This document shows, piece by piece, positions 1 to 5,895 of a DNA stretch of 11,750 nucleotides. The stretch lies in assembly GCA_965662175.1 (NCBI GenBank), contig CBFIGT010000070.1, positions 1-11,750 on the forward strand. The letters are read 5' to 3'. The translations under genes were made by a program, and so were the position numbers. The notes under the pieces were generated by a model. It did not search any database and was not told the DNA's origin. It worked only from the letters and a program-made list of their open reading frames with translations. Each line of letters begins with the position of its first letter. The stretch's first letter is position 1. The stretch is from Arcobacter sp. (GTDB lineage Bacteria; Campylobacterota; Campylobacteria; Campylobacterales; Arcobacteraceae).

Positions 1-455
1 TTTAGATTTATTTCACCTTGTAACTCTTTTGTAGGTTCTTTTGTCTTAACAGTTACTTTTCCACTTAATGTTCCAAAATTTTCAACATCATAAGGTCCCT
101 CAATAACTTCAACACTCTCTACATTATTTGATAAGATATGTGAAGTTGTTGGGTCCATTCTATTTGGACAAGCACCATAGATTTTTGCATCATCTATTAA
201 TACATTTATATTATCTTTTTTTTGACCTCTTAAAATAATATCATTAGCAATTCCACTTCTTCTTACAAGGGAAATAGATGGAATATTTTGGCTTAAGGCT
301 TCAGCTAAATCAGCACTTTTAATCTTCTCTTCACTTACACTTTTTACAACTTTTGTGTTTACTTTTTCTTCAACATCAACAGTTGGAATTTCTATACTAT
401 TTCCAAAAATAACTGTTGAAGCAAATAGAGATAACATACATACACTTTTTTTCAA
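1..455 (-). CDS. TonB-dependent receptor, OprC/NosA-like (putative copper receptor); N-terminal part, runs off the left edge
   Basis: Manual translation from TTG at 455 (SD AGGAG at 462-466): MKKSVCMLSLFASTVIFGNSIEIPTVDVEEK...SADLAEALSQNIPSISLVRRSGIANDIILRGQKKDNINVLIDDAKIYGACPNRMDPTTSHI...VESVEVIEGPYDVENFGTLSGKVTVKTK. Shows a signal peptide, a TonB-box-like TVDV and plug-domain motifs. GACPNRMDP (150-176) matches the CxxxM copper-binding plug motif of OprC-type receptors. Confidence 0.88.
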   Translation of the reverse strand, partial: MKKSVCMLSLFASTVIFGNSIEIPTVDVEEKVNTKVVKSVSEEKIKSADLAEALSQNIPSISLVRRSGIANDIILRGQKKDNINVLIDDAKIYGACPNRMDPTTSHILSNNVESVEVIEGPYDVENFGTLSGKVTVKTKEPTKELQGEINL

Positions 456-488
456 ACTACTCTCCTAAAACTTATAATTTAGAGAATT

Positions 489-494
489 ATTATA
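489..494 (-). promoter_or_regulatory. Putative sigma70 -10 box (TATAAT) of the TonB-dependent receptor gene
   Basis: ATTATA on + reads TATAAT on -, about 35 nt upstream of the TTG start. AT-richness lowers specificity. Confidence 0.55.
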
Positions 495-499
495 AAAAA

Positions 500-521
500 C
501 TGTTAATTTTCTGTTAATTTT
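500..521. promoter_or_regulatory. Perfect 11-bp tandem direct repeat (CTGTTAATTTT x2); candidate OmpR/PhoB-family regulator site
   Basis: ctgttaatttt at 500-510 and 511-521. One-helical-turn period, located just upstream of the receptor -10 box in a divergent promoter region. Confidence 0.6.
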
Positions 522-572
522 TCATATAAAAATAAATTATTTAGTTTAAAGTTTAAAATTAAAAATATTTTA

Positions 573-600
573 TGGTAAACTAAACAGAATAGATAAGGAG
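573..600 (+). promoter_or_regulatory. Putative extended -10 (TGgTAAACT) and SD (AAGGAG) of the histidine kinase gene
   Basis: tggtaaact at 573-581; aaggag at 595-600, 5 nt before GTG at 606. Confidence 0.5.
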
Positions 601-605
601 TATAA

Positions 606-3032
606 GTGACTATTTTAAATGATATTAATAATATAGATTTTTTTATTGAACTTCTTCCTGATTTGGCCTTTATCAAAGATATGAAAGGTCGATATACACA
701 CTGTAATAAAAATTTTCTTGATTTTATTAATCAAAAAAAAGAGAATATTATAAATAAAACAGATTTTGAAATTTTTACAAAAGAGAATGCCCAAAGATTT
801 TATGAAGCAGATAAAGAGGTATTAAAAAGTGAGAAAAAAGAAAAAATAGAGGAGTTATTTATTCATGAAAACTCCTCTATTTCATATTTTGAGACTACAA
901 AAGAACCTCTTTTTAAAAATGGCAAAAAAATAGCTCTTTTTTGTGTAGCAAAAAATATTACACAAGAAAAAGAGTATGAAATAATATACAATGATAATAA
1001 ATATATGCTTGAATATATTGCTATTGAAAATAAACTATCAAAAATTTTAGACAAAATTGTAAAGCTTGCTGAAAAAAGAAATAGTAGCTCTATGTGCTCT
1101 ATTTTACTTTTAGATAAATCTAAAAAACATCTGCTAAAAGGTTCAGCACCATCTTTACCTACATTTTATAACAATGCAATAAATGGAGTTAAAATTGGTG
1201 AAAAAATTGGTTCATGTGGAAGTGCAGCTTTTAAAAAAGAGCGTGTTATTGTAGAAGATATTAACAAGCATGAAAATTGGCAAGCATATTTAGAACTAAC
1301 AAGAAAAGCAAATCTTCATGCTTGTTGGTCAGAACCTATTTTTTCATCAAATAATGAAATTTTAGGAACATTTGCAATTTATAATAATAAACCAAAAGCA
1401 CCAAGTAATTTTGAATTAAAGTCTATAAATGCTTATGCTCATTTAGCTTCAATTGCAATTGAAAAAATAAATACACAAAAACTCTTTATTGAGCAACAAA
1501 ATGAGTTATTAAAAAGTAAATCTTTAACTCGTAATATTGTGGATGCGATTCCTGATTTAGTATGGCTAAAAGATGCTGAGGGTAAATACTTACTTTGTAA
1601 TCCTGAGTTTGAAAAGTTTTTTGGTGCAAAAGAAAAAGATATAGTTGGAAAAACAGATTATGATTTTGTAGAGGATGAACTTGCTAATTTTTTTAGGGAA
1701 AATGATAAAAAAGCTATGAAAACAAGTAAGGGTTTAGTTAATGAAGAGTGGGTAAATTATAAAAATCATAGTGAAAAGATATTATTAGATACAACTAAAA
1801 AAGCTTTTTATGGTATCAACGGAGATATTATGGGAGTTTTAGGAATTGGCCATAATGTTACACAAAGATATAAAAAAGAGAAAGAGTTAAAAAAACTTAA
1901 CAATCTTGCAAAAATTTTAACCAACGAACAATCAACACTTTTATCACTCTTTGAAAAGGGTAATCAAGTATTGTTTAAATGGAAAAATAATGAAAACTGG
2001 AAATTAGAGTATGTTTCATCAAGTATAGAAAACTTTTTGGATTATGATAAGGAGGAGTTTCTAAGTGGAAAAATAGATTTTTTTGACACTATTCATAAAG
2101 ATGATTTAAAAAATCTAAAAAGTGAAATTAAAAATGCTATTAAATATAATTTGGACTATTTCAAACATAAAATTTATAGAGTTATAACAAAAGAGAATCA
2201 AATAAAATATGTCCTTGATAGTAAGGTAACTCAAAAAAACTCTAGGGGAAAAATTACACATTTTATTGGGTATATAACAGATATTACAGAACAAAAACAG
2301 CAAGAAGAGATGATTAATCAACAATCAAAAATGCTCTCTTTAGTTGAACTTTTAGGAAATATATCCCACCAATGGAGACAACCATTATCTATTATAACTA
2401 CTATTGCAACTGGCTCTAAATTAGAAAAAGAGTTAGGAATTTTAGATGATGATAATTTTTATAAAAATATGGATTTAATAAATGAAAATGCACAATATTT
2501 ATCAAAAATAATTGACAATTTTAGAAATTTTATCACTAAAGATAGAAAAAAAACAGATTATAATCTAACAAAATCCATAGATAGTTATCTAACAATATTA
2601 AGCTCTATTATTGAAGAGAATAATATTAAAATTATAAAAAATACAGATGATTCTATTATTATGTCAAATTTTGAAAATGATGTAAAAAAAACACTTTTAA
2701 ATATTACAAGTAACTGTATAGAGGCTCTAAAAAAAGCTAATACAAATGAAAAATATATATTCATTACTACAAAAAAAGATGATAATGATGTAACCGTAAC
2801 AATTGAAGATAATGCAGGTGGTATTAATGAAAATATCTTAGACACTATTTTTGAACCATATACCACAAGTAAATACAATAGTCTTGGAACAGGACTTGGT
2901 CTAAATATAGCTTATAATTGCATTGTAAATATAAATAAGGGTTTTATAAAAGCTGAAAATAGAAGCTTTATTTATGATGATAAAATATTTACAGGTGCAA
3001 AACTTACTATAACTCTTCATACAAAAATTTAA
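606..3032 (+). CDS. Cytoplasmic multi-sensor histidine kinase (PAS-GAF-PAS-PAS-HisKA-HATPase_c), 808 aa
   Basis: PAS motifs LPDLAFIKDMKGRYTHCN and IPDLVWLKDAEGKYLLCN; GAF motifs APSLP, GSCGSAAF, ACWSEPI; third PAS (LEYVSSS...IHKDD...GYITDITEQK); H-box ISHQWRQPL; N-box NITSNCIEA; G1 EDNAGGI; G2 GTGLGL. No transmembrane segment. GTG start with strong SD. Confidence 0.95.
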   Translation: MTILNDINNIDFFIELLPDLAFIKDMKGRYTHCNKNFLDFINQKKENIINKTDFEIFTKENAQRFYEADKEVLKSEKKEKIEELFIHENSSISYFETTKEPLFKNGKKIALFCVAKNITQEKEYEIIYNDNKYMLEYIAIENKLSKILDKIVKLAEKRNSSSMCSILLLDKSKKHLLKGSAPSLPTFYNNAINGVKIGEKIGSCGSAAFKKERVIVEDINKHENWQAYLELTRKANLHACWSEPIFSSNNEILGTFAIYNNKPKAPSNFELKSINAYAHLASIAIEKINTQKLFIEQQNELLKSKSLTRNIVDAIPDLVWLKDAEGKYLLCNPEFEKFFGAKEKDIVGKTDYDFVEDELANFFRENDKKAMKTSKGLVNEEWVNYKNHSEKILLDTTKKAFYGINGDIMGVLGIGHNVTQRYKKEKELKKLNNLAKILTNEQSTLLSLFEKGNQVLFKWKNNENWKLEYVSSSIENFLDYDKEEFLSGKIDFFDTIHKDDLKNLKSEIKNAIKYNLDYFKHKIYRVITKENQIKYVLDSKVTQKNSRGKITHFIGYITDITEQKQQEEMINQQSKMLSLVELLGNISHQWRQPLSIITTIATGSKLEKELGILDDDNFYKNMDLINENAQYLSKIIDNFRNFITKDRKKTDYNLTKSIDSYLTILSSIIEENNIKIIKNTDDSIIMSNFENDVKKTLLNITSNCIEALKKANTNEKYIFITTKKDDNDVTVTIEDNAGGINENILDTIFEPYTTSKYNSLGTGLGLNIAYNCIVNINKGFIKAENRSFIYDDKIFTGAKLTITLHTKI

Positions 3033-3051
3033 TCTATTATTGCAATAGTTT

Positions 3052-3060
3052 TGTTATAAT
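3052..3060 (+). promoter_or_regulatory. Extended -10 promoter (TGtTATAAT) for the 3085-4721 cluster
   Basis: tgttataat at 3052-3060, then SD GAGG at 3073-3076 and TTG at 3085. Confidence 0.7.
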
Positions 3061-3084
3061 AAACCAAAAATTGAGGTAAAAACA

Positions 3085-3315
3085 TTGAGTAAAATAATTT
3101 TAGATGTAAATAGTAGCGATGTAAAAACTGTTTTAACTATTTTAAATAATTTAAAAAGTGGTTTGATTAAAAATATTCAAACAGAAGAGAAGAGCTCAAA
3201 ATATATTTCAAAAGATGTGTATAATGAAATGAAAGAGGATAAGGCAACTATTTCAACATCCAAATATGTCTCTCCTAGTGAATTTAAAAATAGAATTAAA
3301 AAGAAAGTAAATTAA
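3085..3315 (+). CDS. Hypothetical small basic protein, 76 aa
   Basis: TTG start with SD and extended -10; stop overlaps next start (TAATG); internal SKY[IV]S repeat. Confidence 0.8.
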   Translation: MSKIILDVNSSDVKTVLTILNNLKSGLIKNIQTEEKSSKYISKDVYNEMKEDKATISTSKYVSPSEFKNRIKKKVN

Positions 3316-3725
3316 TGCAAATATTAGCAATAACTGTCATATTTTTAGCAATTTTAGCTTTTTTAATTTTTAAAATAAGAGACAGATTTAAAATAAAAGA
3401 GTTAGTGATTTTATTAGCAATAATATTCTCTTTTTCTCTAGTTACTTATTTTTACTTAGAAAATAAAGAGAATAAAATACCAAACTTATTTAAAGCTAAA
3501 TATGAAGAAGAGTTAAAAATAAAAATTAAAAAGTTTTCTAGTACTAGAGTTAATAATATATATTTATCTAGTGATAAAATTTTTGTCTATGATTTTAATT
3601 ATATTATTGAAAAAAATGGTATTGAAGAGTTTTGTTCTTTAAAAAATCAAAAGATTATCAAAATAGAAGATGAGTATGTTTTTGAAAACTTTAAAGAGTT
3701 AAAAGAAGAGTGTAAAAAAAAGTAA
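3315..3725 (+). CDS. Hypothetical membrane protein, 136 aa (two N-terminal hydrophobic helices, soluble C-terminal domain with two Cys)
   Basis: Hydrophobic segments at about aa 3-19 and 31-48; TAATG coupling to the upstream ORF; 3-nt gap to the next gene. Confidence 0.85.
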   Translation: MQILAITVIFLAILAFLIFKIRDRFKIKELVILLAIIFSFSLVTYFYLENKENKIPNLFKAKYEEELKIKIKKFSSTRVNNIYLSSDKIFVYDFNYIIEKNGIEEFCSLKNQKIIKIEDEYVFENFKELKEECKKK

Positions 3726-3728
3726 AAT

Positions 3729-4721
3729 ATGAGTAATAGTTACAAAAGATATATAAAACTCCTAAATAAAACAACAAAAGAGTTGTCCCAATTTGAACTT
3801 GAAAAATTAGATAGTAATACAAAACTTTTAAAAAAAGCTTTTGATATAGCCTACAATAATGGAGTATTCAAACTCTATGAGTATCCAATTGAGCTACAAG
3901 ATAGATTAAGGTTTGAACTTTTTTCTAGAATTACTAGATATTCAGGAAATTTATCTTTTTTAGCTATTCAAATTTTGGCTGCTAATACAATTATGAATAA
4001 AAACAACTTTTTAAAAAAAGAGCTTTTTTTTCAAAAAAAGTGTGGAATTGCAATTAATCACTTAAGAGCTAATAAAACATTTGTAAGTGCTAAAAAAACT
4101 GATGGTGGATATTTACTAAGTGGTGTTTTAACATGGGCTAGTGGATATAAAATATTTGATAAACTACTTATTGGTTTTCATTTTGAAAATAAAGAGTATG
4201 AGGTTTTAAGTTCATTTAAAAAAAGCTCAACATTTAAAATAGTAGAGACTCCAAAAACATTTGTTGGTCAAGGGCTTAATACAGTAAATATTGAGTTAAA
4301 AGAGTTTTTTGTAAAAGATGAAAATATTGTTTCATCAAATGAGATTGGAAATTATACAAAAAATAAATCCCTATCAAAAACTGTACATTATGCACTGTAT
4401 GGTCTTGGAATTGGAGCAATTAAAAACTTAGAAAATAGTCATTTCAAGCATATTTCAAAACTAAAACTTAAAAAGATAAAAGTCGCTTTTTTAAATTCAA
4501 ATAGTGGAAAAGAGTTAGATAATATTAGAGTAAAGCTATTTAAAACTGTTCAAGATATTATTACTACAGCTATGATTTTAAATGGTGGTAAATCTATTTT
4601 ATCAAATAAAAATCTACAAAGATACTATAGAGAGTTGATAATGTTTAATTCAAATGGATTAAACACTACAATAAAAAATCTTTTTTTAAAAGCTAGCATA
4701 AATAAAAAAGAGTTAGATTAA
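3729..4721 (+). CDS. Acyl-CoA dehydrogenase-like flavoprotein (divergent), 330 aa
   Basis: ACAD-fold-like motifs: GIAINHLR...GGYLLSGVLTWASG, NTVNIELKEFFV, and C-terminal NGGKSI...LQRYYRE. Substrate cannot be assigned. Confidence 0.72.
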   Translation: MSNSYKRYIKLLNKTTKELSQFELEKLDSNTKLLKKAFDIAYNNGVFKLYEYPIELQDRLRFELFSRITRYSGNLSFLAIQILAANTIMNKNNFLKKELFFQKKCGIAINHLRANKTFVSAKKTDGGYLLSGVLTWASGYKIFDKLLIGFHFENKEYEVLSSFKKSSTFKIVETPKTFVGQGLNTVNIELKEFFVKDENIVSSNEIGNYTKNKSLSKTVHYALYGLGIGAIKNLENSHFKHISKLKLKKIKVAFLNSNSGKELDNIRVKLFKTVQDIITTAMILNGGKSILSNKNLQRYYRELIMFNSNGLNTTIKNLFLKASINKKELD

Positions 4722-4733
4722 AATCTAACTCTT
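4704..4733. terminator. Intrinsic terminator hairpin between convergent genes (clear U-tract on -, possibly bidirectional)
   Basis: Stem aagagttagat (4708-4718) / atctaactctt (4723-4733), loop taaa. The A6 at 4704-4709 gives a U-tract on the - strand. It overlaps the stop codons of both convergent ORFs. Confidence 0.8.
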
Positions 4734-4836
4734 AATTTAAATATGTTAAAGCAAAAAGTCCAAATAAGCCTACAGCTGTCATTGTAAAAATTAAAACTGT
4801 TTTCATTAAAAATCCGTTAGTTTTTTCGATATCCAT
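4732..4836 (-). CDS. Unannotated 34-aa single-TM microprotein A (MDIEKTNGFLMKTVLIFTMTAVGLFGLFALTYLN)
   Basis: ATG at 4836 preceded by SD AAGGA with a 6-nt spacer; TATAAT at 4865-4870 (-); TAA at 4732-4734 runs straight into a terminator; ~20-aa hydrophobic stretch. Confidence 0.8.
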   Translation of the reverse strand: MDIEKTNGFLMKTVLIFTMTAVGLFGLFALTYLN

Positions 4837-4864
4837 CTTAAATCCTTTTTCTTTATATAATCTA

Positions 4865-4870
4865 ATTATA
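4865..4870 (-). promoter_or_regulatory. Putative -10 box of microprotein A
   Basis: attata on + is TATAAT on -, 29 nt upstream of the ATG. Confidence 0.5.
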
Positions 4871-4962
4871 AAGTGCAAAGGTACTATAAAAGTATCAAAA
4901 ATGAAAAATATTAATAAGATTTTGTTACTTTTTAAAAAAAAGATAATAAAAGGGAGAAGTTT

Positions 4963-4996
4963 ATTTTAAAATAGTCATAAAAGACTATTTTAAAAT
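4963..4996. terminator. 14-bp perfect hairpin downstream of microprotein B (terminator or structured 3' UTR element)
   Basis: attttaaaatagtc (4963-4976), loop ataaaa, gactattttaaaat (4983-4996). No immediately adjacent U-tract on -, so terminator function is uncertain. Confidence 0.55.
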
Positions 4997-5016
4997 TTAA
5001 TTGAGAGAGAAGTTGC

Positions 5017-5118
5017 TTAAACTATATTTACAATATAAGTTACAACGACTACTCCTAAGATAGCCAGTGAAGTGAATAAACCTTTTGTAATCAACTTATT
5101 TAAACTTTCTAAATCCAT
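5017..5118 (-). CDS. Unannotated 33-aa single-TM microprotein B (MDLESLNKLITKGLFTSLAILGVVVVTYIVNIV)
   Basis: ATG at 5118 preceded by SD AAGGA with an 8-nt spacer; TATAAT at 5156-5161 (-); TAA at 5017-5019; hydrophobic C-terminal ~20 aa; N-terminus resembles microprotein A. Confidence 0.8.
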   Translation of the reverse strand: MDLESLNKLITKGLFTSLAILGVVVVTYIVNIV

Positions 5119-5155
5119 GTAAGTGTTCCTTAAAATAAATTAAATAATTTTATAG

Positions 5156-5169
5156 ATTATAAGCTTATA
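5156..5169 (-). promoter_or_regulatory. Putative -10 box of microprotein B overlapped by a perfect 12-bp palindrome
   Basis: attata at 5156-5161; tataagcttata at 5158-5169 is its own reverse complement. Confidence 0.45.
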
Positions 5170-5231
5170 GAACGTTTAATTTTTATAATATTTTTACTTA
5201 TTTTGAATAGAAAATATATTTATGTTACTTT

Positions 5232-5885
5232 TTAGTTAGGTTTAAAAGACTTTTTAGTTTTACAAACTTTTATCAAAGGACAATTATCACAATCAGGGTT
5301 TAGTGCTTTACAAATATATCTTCCAAAAAGTACCATGGCTTGATGAAAAATGTGTAAATCATCTTTTAGTTTTTTAACCAATTCAGCTTCTGTTTTTTCA
5401 ACTGTTTTTTCATATGAAAGACCTAGTCTATGAGATACTCTAAATACATGAGTATCGACAGCCATTAAGTTTGCACCCTCAAACTCTATCATAAATACAT
5501 TTGCTGTTTTATTTCCAACACCAGCTAGTTTCATAAGCTCTTTTTGAATATGTGGAATTTCACCATCATAGTTTTCAATAACACTTTGTGCCATTTTTAT
5601 GATATTTTTTGATTTATTATTGAAAAATGAACAAGATTTTAATAACTCTTTTACATCTTCAAGTTCTGCATTTGCAAGCTCTTTGACACTTGGATACTTT
5701 TCAAAGAGTGCTGGAGTTATTATATTTACTCTTTTATCTGTACATTGAGCTGAAAGAATGATAGCTATTAATAGTTCATAATCATTTTTATATTCAAGCT
5801 CTGTAACAGCATCATCATACTTCTCTAAAAAAACATCTCTTATAAATATAATCTCTTCTTTTGTGGCTTTTTTTAATCTAGGCAC
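5232..5885 (-). CDS. nth: Endonuclease III (HhH-GPD DNA glycosylase/AP lyase with 4Fe-4S cluster)
   Basis: LLIAIILSAQCTDKRVN; HhH LAGVGNKTA; AVDTHVFRV; CKALNPDCDNCPLIKVC (Cx6Cx2Cx5C). GTG start with SD AGGA. Confidence 0.97.
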   Translation of the reverse strand: MPRLKKATKEEIIFIRDVFLEKYDDAVTELEYKNDYELLIAIILSAQCTDKRVNIITPALFEKYPSVKELANAELEDVKELLKSCSFFNNKSKNIIKMAQSVIENYDGEIPHIQKELMKLAGVGNKTANVFMIEFEGANLMAVDTHVFRVSHRLGLSYEKTVEKTEAELVKKLKDDLHIFHQAMVLFGRYICKALNPDCDNCPLIKVCKTKKSFKPN

Positions 5886-5895
5886 AATATTTCCT

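Noticed and set aside
863..1054. 63-aa minus-strand ORF from the track
   Set aside because: Antisense shadow inside the histidine kinase gene; no recognisable motif.
2115..2324. 69-aa minus-strand ORF
   Set aside because: Antisense to the kinase; F/L/I-rich composition is what the reverse of A-rich codons produces.
2585..2878. 97-aa hydrophobic minus-strand ORF
   Set aside because: Antisense to the kinase HATPase domain; hydrophobicity is a strand-composition artefact.
3038..3047. 10-bp palindrome tattgcaata after the kinase stop
   Set aside because: Too short and AT-rich to call as an operator or terminator without comparative data.
4856..4996. Plus-strand antitoxin-like RNA from TATAAT at 4856-4861 to the 4963-4996 hairpin (classical type I TA reading)
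   Set aside because: TATAAT is frequent at this AT content, the RNA would overlap neither ORF nor SD, and the peptides lack the cationic tail of known type I toxins. Not excluded, but unsupported.
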